Shown here: positions 37,640 to 47,305 of the stretch, piece by piece
Numbering within the stretch: position 1 is the first letter of the stretch
How the letters are laid out: every line of letters begins with the position of its first letter
Virus record (IMG/VR): IMGVR_UViG_3300044643_000906
Coordinates: 1-61,753 of that record
Reading direction: 5' to 3' (one strand)
DNA: 61,753 nt
From: a virus
Taxonomy: Duplodnaviria; Caudoviricetes
Position numbers and translations under genes: made by a program
Notes under the pieces: model-generated
The model's database searches: none
Told to the model about the DNA's origin: nothing
What the model saw: the letters and a program-made list of their open reading frames with translations, nothing else

Positions 37640-39258
37640 CAGTAGGCGTATGCCGTAGCTCCAGTGAGGGTGGCTGCGGTCATGGTGCCGTCTGGGCAGA
37701 TGCCGATTGAGCCGTCAGTCCCCCAGCGGACAAACACGCGACGGTAGGTGCTGCCTGTCTGAATCCCGTAGACAAGGCTGTTGTATTCAGCCAGCGGCTT
37801 CGGGAAGTTCGCCGGGAGCCTGCGAACTTGCGTGAACGAGCCTGTGGCCGAGACATTGATCGTCACCTCGCCGCGAAGCTGGAGAATGCCGTTCAGGACG
37901 CGGGCCTCAACCGTCCCGGCCCCGGCGACTTGCTGGCAAACCGTCCAGTCGATGTCAGCCGGGACAGTCTTCCCGCCCGCCATCATCTTCTTGACTTCAT
38001 CCAGCACCGACTGCTTGAAGTCAGCCAGTGCGGGATTGTTGATCGAAGACGCACCAATCGGGTTGATCGCCGCCAGCCGGTCATCGACCTGCTTGCGGGA
38101 GTACAACATCAGGGCCATCTGGTTGTCGAAGTCGATCTTGCTGAACGCTTGGTCGATCCGCATGAAGCGGTCGTCGCACTGCTTCTGCGTGTAAACGTCA
38201 GACTGAAAGACGAACCTGTCAACGTCCACAAGCGTCAGGAACTTGGAGTCGGCCTGAGTCTTCGTGTAGGCATCAATCGTCGGAGCGGCCTTGCTCTCAA
38301 GTGCGTTGATGCGGTCAGCGAAGGGGTCGAAGTCCGACCGCAGTGCCACATAGTCGTTGACCAAGCCGACCGCGAACACAAGACGCGGGCCGTAGCCTTC
38401 GCCAGTGTCGGTGTAGGTCAGAGCAGCAGGAGGAAGTGCAGAGTCACCAAAGCCGACAGCCTGCGTCACGACAGTCTTGGCGAGGATGGCCTGTGCGTTG
38501 TCGCTGATCTTCGCGTAAGCGGTTAGGTCAACAGGGCCGACCTGAGAAATGATCTCCTCGATCTGGGCCTGCGTAAGCTGACCACTGATGGAGTCGCCAA
38601 TGGCCTCGTCAACTTCAGCTTTGGTGTAGGTGGTGGCCTTGTCGGCCTTCAGGTCGAGTTTGGCGGCGGTCTGGATGCCGATCTGTTCTGCAACGAAAGG
38701 GATTTGGTCGGCAACACCCTGCACTCCAAGATTGGCATCATCCACGCCTTGCTGAAGGGCAGCAACCTTTGCATCTACCTCTTGCTTGGTGTACCGCTCT
38801 ACGAACGCAACCGTACAAGCGGCCTTGATCTCGTCGGTCTTGCCATCGACGTATGCAGTCGTCGCGTAAGCCGACAGGTCAACCGTGCCAGTGGCATTCT
38901 CGGTCGTGCCGGTGGGGTCAATCCACAGGTCGCCAATCTCCACGCCCGGCGGCGGCTCAACATCAGAGACGATGTGTTGTGCGTCCGTACCATCGACGCC
39001 CGGTGCGCCATCGGCTCCCGGCTGACCGTCAACCCCATCCTTGCCATCAACGCCGTCTTTGCCCGGTGCCCCATCCGCACCGTCCTTGCCCGGCTGACCG
39101 TCCGCACCCGGAGGGCCAGCTGGGCCAGCTACAGTCCCGACGAGGTCAAGAATCTGACCAACTGTCACTCGCTGCGTGACAGCACCGTTCACGCCCGGAA
39201 GAAGCGTAGTGGCGACTGCTGTGCCAGCTGGCAGCTGCGTTATCTTGGAGTCAGCCAT
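37639..39258 (-). CDS. Tail fibre protein (539 aa)
   Basis: MADSKITQLP N-terminus, a collagen tract, YTKxE/QxD repeats, and a C-terminal knob (LRG...LP.NF). Confidence 0.8.
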   Translation of the reverse strand: MADSKITQLPAGTAVATTLLPGVNGAVTQRVTVGQILDLVGTVAGPAGPPGADGQPGKDGADGAPGKDGVDGKDGVDGQPGADGAPGVDGTDAQHIVSDVEPPPGVEIGDLWIDPTGTTENATGTVDLSAYATTAYVDGKTDEIKAACTVAFVERYTKQEVDAKVAALQQGVDDANLGVQGVADQIPFVAEQIGIQTAAKLDLKADKATTYTKAEVDEAIGDSISGQLTQAQIEEIISQVGPVDLTAYAKISDNAQAILAKTVVTQAVGFGDSALPPAALTYTDTGEGYGPRLVFAVGLVNDYVALRSDFDPFADRINALESKAAPTIDAYTKTQADSKFLTLVDVDRFVFQSDVYTQKQCDDRFMRIDQAFSKIDFDNQMALMLYSRKQVDDRLAAINPIGASSINNPALADFKQSVLDEVKKMMAGGKTVPADIDWTVCQQVAGAGTVEARVLNGILQLRGEVTINVSATGSFTQVRRLPANFPKPLAEYNSLVYGIQTGSTYRRVFVRWGTDGSIGICPDGTMTAATLTGATAYAY

Positions 39259-39419
39259 CAGGTGCGTTGCTCCTTACGGAGTGGTGTGCCAGACTCGGTC
39301 AGAATCTTGAAGCCATCCTCTTGCAGGATGCGGTACGTCACGGCCGGAGGTGGTGGCCCAATCGGCCCGCCGCCATCGGTCTTTTTGATGGGTCGCAGGA
39401 GTCGCTGATCTTGGGGCAT
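39258..39419 (-). CDS. Small virion-associated protein (ILQEDGFKILTESG)
   Basis: TGATG-coupled on both sides. Confidence 0.6.
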   Translation of the reverse strand: MPQDQRLLRPIKKTDGGGPIGPPPPAVTYRILQEDGFKILTESGTPLRKEQRT

Positions 39420-39733
39420 CAGGAACTCACCGCGATAAAGCCCTCGATGTCGCAGCCTCCACCGACAATGAACGGGCAGCCGAACAAGCAAGCGGGCATA
39501 TCAAAGGCATTGCCTTCCGACACCGCCGTCTCGCAGGCGGCACCGTCTGCGTCGAACATCGGGAACAGGTCGCCATCAGGTGTGGCTTGGCAGTGCCAAG
39601 TGATCGTGCCGCTACCAGAGGTGACCATCAGTACGCCGCCCGCGACTGCCCCGTAGGGAATCTTCTGGGAGGTCGAGGGATCGGTCGTGATCTTTACAGC
39701 AGCACTGCTGTTGAGCCGTTCAATGCGGGCCAT
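39419..39733 (-). CDS. Hypothetical beta-rich structural protein
   Basis: RBS GGAGG, preceded by the late-type motif at 39766. Confidence 0.6.
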   Translation of the reverse strand: MARIERLNSSAAVKITTDPSTSQKIPYGAVAGGVLMVTSGSGTITWHCQATPDGDLFPMFDADGAACETAVSEGNAFDMPACLFGCPFIVGGGCDIEGFIAVSS

Positions 39734-39792
39734 GCCGGGCCTCCAGTGGGTGTGTTCCACTGGGTTTTTGGCCCGGAAGGGGCGATCTGGAA

Positions 39793-40338
39793 TTAGAGCT
39801 TCCGCTTCAGGGCGTGCCGCTTTTTCACGGCTTCTACAGCGTCAGCCCGCTTCATCTTGGGGTTGGCGGCTAGCTCCTTGCGGACTAGCTCGTTGACCAG
39901 CCGCGGGGCCATGTCAATCCTCTTGGGCGGCGGGGCCTCGCCCGGGCTGTAGTTGATCGTCCCCTTGATCTCCAGCCTGCGATCTTTGCAGACCTGAAGC
40001 ACGTCGTCCCGGCTGCTCACCCAAGCTTTGGGGTCACGGGCACCACGCTTGTCCGCGATGCCCGAGAAGTAGAACTTGCCAGCCGTGGATATCCCGGCCT
40101 CCTTGGCCTCGCGGATCATCCGCTGGGCCTGCTTCTTGGGCAGCTTGTCTAACCAGTTGCCGTCGAGGTGCCCCTCTTGAAACGTCCTGTCAACGCCAGA
40201 CACGCCGGGCGGCTGCTGGAGTGCGACCATCGTGGCCCAGCGTTCGCCGTAGCCAAGCGCGAGCACCTTGAGAAAGTGCTCTCGGACGGGGGCAGGGGCG
40301 GTCGCGATGTCGGGCGGGAGGGTTTCAGTTACGGGCAT
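39793..40338 (-). CDS. Hypothetical protein
   Basis: ATG at 40338 with GGAG RBS, downstream of the portal gene. Confidence 0.65.
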   Translation of the reverse strand: MPVTETLPPDIATAPAPVREHFLKVLALGYGERWATMVALQQPPGVSGVDRTFQEGHLDGNWLDKLPKKQAQRMIREAKEAGISTAGKFYFSGIADKRGARDPKAWVSSRDDVLQVCKDRRLEIKGTINYSPGEAPPPKRIDMAPRLVNELVRKELAANPKMKRADAVEAVKKRHALKRKL

Positions 40339-40807
40339 TGGTCGTCTCCATAGCTCGTTTGTAGAAGGTAACGAGGTCGAACGCAGGCGTGCCGCCCGCC
40401 TCGATGTAGTCGGCAAGCTTTCGAAGAAGCTTCGGTGAGTCCTGCATTTTCCCGGCAGCAGTGTTGCACGGCTGACACAGCAGGCCCCTCACCTCGCCCG
40501 TCTCGTGGCTGTGATCGACGCAGAGGCGGGGCTGGATTGCGCACTGCTCCTCGCATACCGCACACACGCCCTTCTGCCCCGACAGCAAGCCTTCGTACTG
40601 CGCAGGCGTGATGGCGTAGTGACGCCACAGGTTGGCGTGTCTCCTGCGCAGACGCTGTCGAGGGGCCGCCCTCCGAAGACGCTCGTATTCAAGATATGCC
40701 GCCCACGTCTCGGGCGTGCAATCACGCTTCCGGCCGCAAAGCGGCCTCGGCTCTACGCCACGCTTACTGATCGCCGCTACCTCTGCGTCGAACTCGTCCT
40801 CGGTCAT
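40325..40807 (-). CDS. Endonuclease VII-family (homing) nuclease
   Basis: Y.IT...Y..L...Q.G.CAVC...L.VDH.H.TG.VRGLLC..CN. Confidence 0.9.
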   Translation of the reverse strand: MTEDEFDAEVAAISKRGVEPRPLCGRKRDCTPETWAAYLEYERLRRAAPRQRLRRRHANLWRHYAITPAQYEGLLSGQKGVCAVCEEQCAIQPRLCVDHSHETGEVRGLLCQPCNTAAGKMQDSPKLLRKLADYIEAGGTPAFDLVTFYKRAMETTNARN

Positions 40808-40809
40808 CG

Positions 40810-42942
40810 CTAGCCTCCTTGCTGCGGTGGTGGTGGTTGCGCGGGATTGCCAGCCGCCGCCCCGGGCGCGGGTGATGAAGGAGGAGCATCAGGCGCTGCA
40901 CCGGGGGGCGGCATGGGCTGTGGCGGGGGAGGTGGGGGTGGAGGAGGCGGGAGAAGGTAGGGGCGTACATCGAGGTCGTTGGCGTCAGCCCAATCGGAAA
41001 GAAGGGCATTGAGCGGCCCCGGATTCCCGGCTCCCGCCAGCTGCTGCAACATCGGCCCCAGCGTCTGGAGGGCCGCGTTCATGTTCTCTTGCTTGAAGGA
41101 TTTGTTGGGCTTCTTAGCGGAGCCCGCCTCGATGCGGTAAGTGAACTCGCGTGCGATCTCGCCAGCTGGGTCACCGCCGGAGGTCGTGAGATGGATCGAC
41201 CACGCCTCGGCACCAAGCGGGCCGAGCACCGGGGCAACGTCCTGCGGCTGCAACAGCCACCGGGCAGCCATTGCTTCCTTCCTCGCTATGTCGGAGAGCC
41301 AATCCTCCACGCTCGATGCCAGATCGTCTGGCCTGATCTGCATGCTGTCAGCCTTGACCTGCGCCTCGCTAGCACTTCTCAGTGCCGAGCGGGTTTGGCC
41401 GTAGACCAATTCCGTAAGCCCACAGCGCTTGTCGAACATTTGCGACACCTCGTTGATGAGGTTGGGCAAATCCGACGTGACGTTAGGGGACTGAAATACC
41501 GACATGATTTCGTTGACCGACTTGCCGAGAGCCTCGCTGATCTCAACGATCTTGAACCCGTTTTCGCTGGGCGCAAGAATCTGCTGCTTGAGGTCATAGT
41601 CAGCTGCCTTGCTCACGCCGATGATCGTCTCGCAGCTGATGGCGACTCGCTGCATGAGGAACGAGAAAGCCCATTGCATGAACCGTAGCTCACCGATTCC
41701 GGGCTTGATGTAGGAGAGCGGCCACAGCGAGTTCGGCTTAGGGTTGGGTGCCCACATCGAGAACGGCCAACCCTGAGCGTCAGCTGCCCAGAACGGTATC
41801 GGCCAGCTGGAGCGAGCACGCAGCGACTGCGGCAGGCCCTCTTCGTCGGTCGGCTCTTTCAAGCACTCGGGCGGGATGTTCAACGGGAACTCGACGCCAT
41901 CGGCCACGACTAGGTAGCAGAAGTCTCCAAGGGGATCGAAGATGCCCCTGTCTTCCTTCTTTGCACCCTTGAGACGGTCGCCAAAACCGCACTTCGACCA
42001 AATCTTCCAGTAGGTGACGAGGTCGTTGCTCTTCCCTGTGCGGTGCTTCTGCGAGCCGTTGTAGTCGTTACGCCGGTCGTCCACCTGCCGCGATGCGGAC
42101 GAGTAGCTCTCAAGGTTGGGCTTGAGGTCGTCGCGAGACAGGCCGAATTGTCGAGCCACCTGATCGATAGGCTGCACGCACCGCTTGGCACACCACTGAA
42201 TCTCCTGAATCACCTGAGCGTCTGGGTCAAGCAGTAGGTTGTCCACGCTATCCATGAACGAACCGATGAGGAGTGTCGGCTGTGCGGGCGGCACGTTCTC
42301 TACCTGCACTGCCTCAGTCCACAGCACACCGCCCCCCTTGATGATGCCCTCATCGATGGCTCGTCGGGAGTGCCCCTTCAAGTCGTTCTCGACGGGCGTG
42401 TAATTCAGGTAGGCCGACAGCAGTTCGGCTTGCAGCTTCTTCTTCTCCTCTTGCAGGATCACAGCCTGAGAGGTGTCCATGTAGGTCTGCAACGCCGGAT
42501 CGGGCATCGGCTGCCCGGTCATCGGGTCGATCTGCATGGACTCGGGACTCAGGCCCAGCATCTCCGGCGGCACGGCAGGGAACTTCCGCGGCGTGACAGT
42601 ACGCACCGGGTTCCGGGCGTACAGCACCGCGCCGATGAGCTTGACGGCTTCGAAGACACGGTTGATGGAGAGACGAAACGCAGGGGCAGGTGTCGGCCGG
42701 GACATGATGCTCTGGCCGCGAACATTGCTCTGGTTCATCGACCATGCACCGAGCCCGTCGAAGAACGCCATGCCCTCTCGGGCGTCGGCGTCGAACTGCG
42801 ACTTAGCCCGCTTGGCGGAAGCGATCTTCTGGAGCCAGCTGGCCGCAATCGGGCGAAGGGGAGACTCAGGAGGCAGCTTCGCCTGCTTGGGGTTCTCGTT
42901 GAGCGGGCCGTCGTCCTTGACCTCAAAGCCGTTGTCTTCCAT
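40810..42942 (-). CDS. Portal protein (large podovirus type)
   Basis: 710 aa, downstream of TerL. ARNP, L.DPDA and SASEA motifs and a Pro-rich tail. Confidence 0.8.
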   Translation of the reverse strand: MEDNGFEVKDDGPLNENPKQAKLPPESPLRPIAASWLQKIASAKRAKSQFDADAREGMAFFDGLGAWSMNQSNVRGQSIMSRPTPAPAFRLSINRVFEAVKLIGAVLYARNPVRTVTPRKFPAVPPEMLGLSPESMQIDPMTGQPMPDPALQTYMDTSQAVILQEEKKKLQAELLSAYLNYTPVENDLKGHSRRAIDEGIIKGGGVLWTEAVQVENVPPAQPTLLIGSFMDSVDNLLLDPDAQVIQEIQWCAKRCVQPIDQVARQFGLSRDDLKPNLESYSSASRQVDDRRNDYNGSQKHRTGKSNDLVTYWKIWSKCGFGDRLKGAKKEDRGIFDPLGDFCYLVVADGVEFPLNIPPECLKEPTDEEGLPQSLRARSSWPIPFWAADAQGWPFSMWAPNPKPNSLWPLSYIKPGIGELRFMQWAFSFLMQRVAISCETIIGVSKAADYDLKQQILAPSENGFKIVEISEALGKSVNEIMSVFQSPNVTSDLPNLINEVSQMFDKRCGLTELVYGQTRSALRSASEAQVKADSMQIRPDDLASSVEDWLSDIARKEAMAARWLLQPQDVAPVLGPLGAEAWSIHLTTSGGDPAGEIAREFTYRIEAGSAKKPNKSFKQENMNAALQTLGPMLQQLAGAGNPGPLNALLSDWADANDLDVRPYLLPPPPPPPPPPQPMPPPGAAPDAPPSSPAPGAAAGNPAQPPPPQQGG

Positions 42943-42945
42943 TCG

Positions 42946-43287
42946 CTAGTCCTTCTTGTGCTTCGCCAGAACGGTCACCATCTGCGGGAGGATCGACTCC
43001 AGACGCTTCAGCAGTGCGGTCTTCGGGTGCAGCACCCACGCTCCCCACTGACGCCACTGCGGGTTCTCCTGAAGACCGGGGTCTTCCAGATGCCGCACGC
43101 TCGGCTTCTCGATGAAACCAAGGTCGGGACTGAAGATCAGGACTGAAACAGTCTTCACGCCCGGCCGACGGCATACCCAGCCGAGAACCGGCTCGGTGAG
43201 ATCGAGCGACGACGAGTAGTACAGAACCATGTCGCCAAGCTCGACTGACGGCATTTCGAAATCGCTAGACCCATTCTGAGATGTCAT
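42946..43287 (-). CDS. Hypothetical protein
   Basis: Between TerL and portal. ATG at 43287 with GGAGGA. Confidence 0.65.
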   Translation of the reverse strand: MTSQNGSSDFEMPSVELGDMVLYYSSSLDLTEPVLGWVCRRPGVKTVSVLIFSPDLGFIEKPSVRHLEDPGLQENPQWRQWGAWVLHPKTALLKRLESILPQMVTVLAKHKKD

Positions 43288-44968
43288 GCGCACTATCCTC
43301 CATTTCCTGAGACGAGAGGTCTGACTGTGGGCCGAGATAAGTGAACTTCGCCGGGCCCATCCGTTTACGGCGGCGCTCCATAAAGTCAATCATCCACTGA
43401 GGCATCTCGGGTTCCAAGTCAGTTTTCTTCTGTGGAACGTACTTAGGCTCGGCTGCAAATAGGTACTCCATGCACTGCACAGCATGGCACTCGCCCTTCG
43501 TGTTGGGCTCGTCAGTAACTACCGGCGTGCCGTTAACGATGACGGTCTTCTTCCGGTATCGCTTGAGTTCACGCTCAAGGTTCGGGCATGCATCACGCAG
43601 CACCCGGAGCTTGGTCTTGCCGTCCGGTCGAACGTGCAACGCGGAGCGAACAGCACTCGTTCGTGCGGCTACTTCGTCGCAGCCAGCCATGAACGCAGAC
43701 CCCGTAGAGAGCGAGCGTACCCCACGCTTCCTAAGCTCCTCTACATATTGAACGACAACCTGTCGCCCGGAGCCTATATCTCGCAGCCTTCCGCCGTGCA
43801 TGTCGATGATGAAGCTATAGAACGTCTGTCCCTTCACGACCTCTGCCAGCTTTTCCCCGAACGTCACGGCATTGCACTGCCGGATGTAGAGTTCGTCATA
43901 GATGACTGCATATGTGCTGTCAGGCGGGACGGCGAGAAACAGTACTGCGCAGACCTGATGACCCGGGTCTACCGCGAGGTATCGAGTCCACTCTTGGGGG
44001 ATCGTGCCACTGGGCAGCTGTGCCCGATCCATCCCATGCACGCTCATGTGGAAGCGTGGGTAAACCAGCACAGAGTCGGTGAGGAACTCGCCCTCGGATC
44101 GCATCCGAAGAACGTCCTCGCCCGCCGCGGCCCACCGCTCGATGGCCTTGGCTTTTTCTCCATCTTCAATGTGATCGTTATCAAGGAAGCGGAGAACGTA
44201 CTTCCTAATGTTCGGGTTCGGGTCTTCGCTCTCGGCGGCACGGTCGGCACGCTCGGACAAGCCCAGCAGCGACTCCGACCGGGAATGCGGCATGGCCGAC
44301 CACAGAAATCGGCCCTTCCTGTCAGCGAGCCTCGCCTGCAATTCAGGGATGAGGTTGTCTTGAGGGATGTCCTCGTCCACCCACACGAGGTCGGCGGAAA
44401 AGCCTTGGGGCGGCTCTGATTCGGCTGAGAAGAAGAAGATGCGTGTGCCGTTGGTTAGCTCGATGCAGTTGGCGTAGTTGGCCGACTTTTGTATCCAGCT
44501 GATCGACTTGATCATCCTCGGCGGAATCAGGGGCGGCGCAGGCTTGGACTCGCTCTTACGATCCGCATCTGTCTTGGGATCGAACGCACGCCACTGCTTC
44601 GTGGTCAGGTCGCGGATGATGCGAAACGCACCAGCCCGGAGGAGGTAAGGGACGCAGACCATACCCAAATGGGAATAGCTGCGACCGATCACCGCTATCA
44701 CCGCATCGCTCTTGGGATACTTGTTGTACGGGTCAGTGCCGGTGGCAGCCCGTGCCACCTCGATGGCGGTACACATCGTCTTGCCTGAACGATTGCCTCC
44801 GATGACCAGACGCTCGCTGACCGTGTCGGCGTGCATCCTGTCCTGCAACGGAGACGGGCGGTACAGACGCAGGGCCTCGATGCGGCGGTCGTTAAGTTCC
44901 GCCTGAAGCTCCCGCAGCTTGTCCTTCTGGTAACTAGACGTTACCGGGATCGACGGCAGCGGGTTCAC
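43265..44968 (-). CDS. terL: Terminase large subunit
   Basis: Walker A GGNRSGKT, Walker B VWVDE, LDN.H, and RNase H-like AVDPG...YDELY. Confidence 0.93.
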   Translation of the reverse strand: MNPLPSIPVTSSYQKDKLRELQAELNDRRIEALRLYRPSPLQDRMHADTVSERLVIGGNRSGKTMCTAIEVARAATGTDPYNKYPKSDAVIAVIGRSYSHLGMVCVPYLLRAGAFRIIRDLTTKQWRAFDPKTDADRKSESKPAPPLIPPRMIKSISWIQKSANYANCIELTNGTRIFFFSAESEPPQGFSADLVWVDEDIPQDNLIPELQARLADRKGRFLWSAMPHSRSESLLGLSERADRAAESEDPNPNIRKYVLRFLDNDHIEDGEKAKAIERWAAAGEDVLRMRSEGEFLTDSVLVYPRFHMSVHGMDRAQLPSGTIPQEWTRYLAVDPGHQVCAVLFLAVPPDSTYAVIYDELYIRQCNAVTFGEKLAEVVKGQTFYSFIIDMHGGRLRDIGSGRQVVVQYVEELRKRGVRSLSTGSAFMAGCDEVAARTSAVRSALHVRPDGKTKLRVLRDACPNLERELKRYRKKTVIVNGTPVVTDEPNTKGECHAVQCMEYLFAAEPKYVPQKKTDLEPEMPQWMIDFMERRRKRMGPAKFTYLGPQSDLSSQEMEDSAHDISEWV

Positions 44969-45482
44969 TGACCACCTCCAGAGTTAGCATCGGGGCACCA
45001 ATCGCCTGCCGAATGCGGAGGTCTAGCTCACCCTCAAGCTCCTCCTCGCTCCACAAGGCGAGAGGCTTCTTAGAGCCGCCCTGATCGGCGTTGACCGTGA
45101 CGAGCTTCGTGATCATCTCCATGATCTTGGTTCGCTGGGCTGATCCGGCCGGGGCGTCGAAGTAGTTCTTTAGCAGCAGCTGGCTGAATCCGTTCACGCC
45201 GCCGAAGCAGACCATCAGCTGCTCAAGCAACTCCGCGGAGTGCGGGATGTTCGTGCCGCCCTTGCGTGAGGCTTGGAGCAGCGTGTCTACAGCTGCTTCC
45301 TCCATCCGCCCCATCTGCCGGGAACGCTTCTCTCGCTTGGCATCAGCAGCTGCTCGCCGCAGACGAACAACGCATCCAATGCACTTCTGCACCCGCCTCT
45401 TGTAGACGGGGAAGTTGATGGTCGTGTCTTCCAGCTGCTCGCCGCAGTCTTCGCACACCCGAATAGCCATGATGAACTCCAA
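44934..45482 (-). CDS. Possible terminase small subunit with N-terminal Zn ribbon
   Basis: Immediately upstream of and overlapping terL. CEDC...CIGC and a C-terminal WSEEEL helix. Confidence 0.5.
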   Translation of the reverse strand: MEFIMAIRVCEDCGEQLEDTTINFPVYKRRVQKCIGCVVRLRRAAADAKREKRSRQMGRMEEAAVDTLLQASRKGGTNIPHSAELLEQLMVCFGGVNGFSQLLLKNYFDAPAGSAQRTKIMEMITKLVTVNADQGGSKKPLALWSEEELEGELDLRIRQAIGAPMLTLEVVSEPAAVDPGNV

Positions 45483-45549
45483 CTAAGAACCGATCCGACG
45501 GGCGTCCCCGCCAGACCGGCCCCGAGCGTCCCGCACCAGCGGGACTATT

Positions 45550-45996
45550 TCAGGCCAACCCAGCGAGCGGCGTCCCGCCAATCCTGCGACCGCTACTACC
45601 GTAGAGGTTCACTGCGGTTTGCTGCGGAGCGCTCGTGGTGAGGCCGCTCAACAGGCCACCCCCACCCATCACCCGACCCATGGCACCTGCCTTAGCCATC
45701 TCTGCCGCATTGCGGCCAGCCACATCCTCGCCACGAATCCGCATGGCTTCGTTCTGGAGGCTCCGCTCATGGCCGACCTGCTGCATCGCACGCTCGTCGA
45801 ACAGCTGCGTTTGCCAGAGGTTCGTTTCGGCCTGCGTGTTGCCAAAATGCTCGGCGGCATTCTGGGCAGCGCCGGTGTTCATGAAGTTGTTCAGCTGCGC
45901 CGACCCGGGGTCGGAACGGGTCGCAAACGCGGCCCGCTGGAAGTGGCTGGCGTCGTTGTTGTAATCACGCTGGGTGACGTAACGTCCGCTTGGCAT
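45550..45996 (-). CDS. Hypothetical (possible virion) protein
   Basis: 148-aa A/Q/G-rich ORF in the late operon. Confidence 0.55.
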   Translation of the reverse strand: MPSGRYVTQRDYNNDASHFQRAAFATRSDPGSAQLNNFMNTGAAQNAAEHFGNTQAETNLWQTQLFDERAMQQVGHERSLQNEAMRIRGEDVAGRNAAEMAKAGAMGRVMGGGGLLSGLTTSAPQQTAVNLYGSSGRRIGGTPLAGLA

Positions 45997-45998
45997 GT

Positions 45999-46385
45999 TT
46001 ATTTCCCTGTTCTGTCCTGACCACGCATGTGCGGGTCAAAGTAGTCAACTGCGGTAGAGCCATCACTGTCGGTACTAGAGGACTCGCGAATGCCCTTGAC
46101 TCGCGTGCCCGGGAGAACGGCGTCGTCCCCCAGCTGCGTTCCGGTGTGGTATGCGTTTAAGTACCGCTGCAATCCTCGGATACGCTCGTTCGTGTCGAGC
46201 GTGGAGAGCGGGTCGTCAAGCAGTGCTTGATTCTTAGAGGCCCTGAGCTTTGAAAGCTCGTCGCCCTTCTTGGCGGCGAGGTCGTGCCCTGTGTGGTCAA
46301 AGTCGATGTCCGTAGACTGCGACTGCTTTGATCCAAACTTTGCCGCCCCGCCTTTGAAGTCTTGGCTTGGGTCGAGGAATGGCAT
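45999..46385 (-). CDS. Hypothetical protein
   Basis: 128 aa, AGGT RBS. Confidence 0.55.
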   Translation of the reverse strand: MPFLDPSQDFKGGAAKFGSKQSQSTDIDFDHTGHDLAAKKGDELSKLRASKNQALLDDPLSTLDTNERIRGLQRYLNAYHTGTQLGDDAVLPGTRVKGIRESSSTDSDGSTAVDYFDPHMRGQDRTGK

Positions 46386-46402
46386 ATGGGCACCTAGAGA
46401 AG

Positions 46403-46436
46403 AGGCGGCGGGAGAGGGCTACTCGTCCCGCCGCCT
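46403..46436 (-). terminator. Strong hairpin after the capsid module
   Basis: AGGCGGCGGGA...TCCCGCCGCCT (11-bp stem) followed by CTTCTCT on the - strand. Confidence 0.6.
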
Positions 46437-46463
46437 GTGATCGCATCGTTCCTTGGTTACTGA

Positions 46464-46676
46464 TTACTTCGTAACCGTCTTGGCCCGCACCTTCTCGGCA
46501 CGGGATTCCAAGTTTTTGGCGACAAGCTTGCGGTGAATCGCGGCCCGCTCCTTGCGGCTCTCACGCTTCACCTCTTTCAACTGCGACTTCATGTCGAGGT
46601 AGTCGCGAGGATCGGCATCACCAGCAACCGCCAGAGACGCAGAGACAACACAGAGAAGACAGAGGACATACCGCAA
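46464..46676 (-). CDS. Small protein with signal peptide and basic coiled coil
   Basis: MRYVLCLLCVVSASLAVA|G; TTG start with GGAGG. Confidence 0.6.
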   Translation of the reverse strand: MRYVLCLLCVVSASLAVAGDADPRDYLDMKSQLKEVKRESRKERAAIHRKLVAKNLESRAEKVRAKTVTK

Positions 46677-46690
46677 GGATCACCTCCTCA

Positions 46691-47269
46691 TTACGGGGTT
46701 ACAGTGGGATCAACGGGGACAGTCTCAGCGACCGGAGCGACCACCGGCTCGGTGGTCGGAGTGGCCGTGGCATCGGGCGTGGTCGCGGCGGCATCGGCCG
46801 TCTCGCCTTCCGCCTCTTCGAACACCACGCGAACGGAAGGGTTCGTGTCGGTGTTTTCCGGCACTTCCTTACCGTCCACCACAAGCAGACGCGGAACCGG
46901 CGTTCCGTTCGTCATCAGATTGACACGGGTGCCCAGCGGCTGCTGGGTCGGGCCGTTGATGACGAGCCAGAACACCTCGCCCACAGGCACGCCCGTGGAC
47001 TTGACGTACTCGTCCACCACGCCGACATAACCCGACAGGGTCTGGTTCGTGCCCGGGAGCACGGCAGCAGCGGTGGTGTTGCGAAGAGCCACGCAGGTGA
47101 CGACCTCGTTGGAGAGGAGGACACCCGTCTTGGCGTTCACGTCAGTGAACTCTTTCTTGCGGCCGACGGTGGAGTTCCCGGTGGACGGGTCGGTCTTCTC
47201 GATGGGGTGAGCCCACAGAGCGCCGAGCACCAACCCACGACCGAAGCTGGGATCGAAAGTGTAGGACAT
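46691..47269 (-). CDS. Putative capsid decoration/cement protein
   Basis: Directly after the capsid gene. GVVDEY...GE.FW.V..GP motif. Confidence 0.6.
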   Translation of the reverse strand: MSYTFDPSFGRGLVLGALWAHPIEKTDPSTGNSTVGRKKEFTDVNAKTGVLLSNEVVTCVALRNTTAAAVLPGTNQTLSGYVGVVDEYVKSTGVPVGEVFWLVINGPTQQPLGTRVNLMTNGTPVPRLLVVDGKEVPENTDTNPSVRVVFEEAEGETADAAATTPDATATPTTEPVVAPVAETVPVDPTVTP

Positions 47270-47305
47270 GCGAACTGTTCCTTGGAACTGGAGTGAAGGT
47301 GTGGA

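Noticed and set aside
32784-39258. Diversity-generating retroelement acting on the fibres
   Set aside because: No reverse transcriptase motif and no TR/VR pair differing at adenines was seen.
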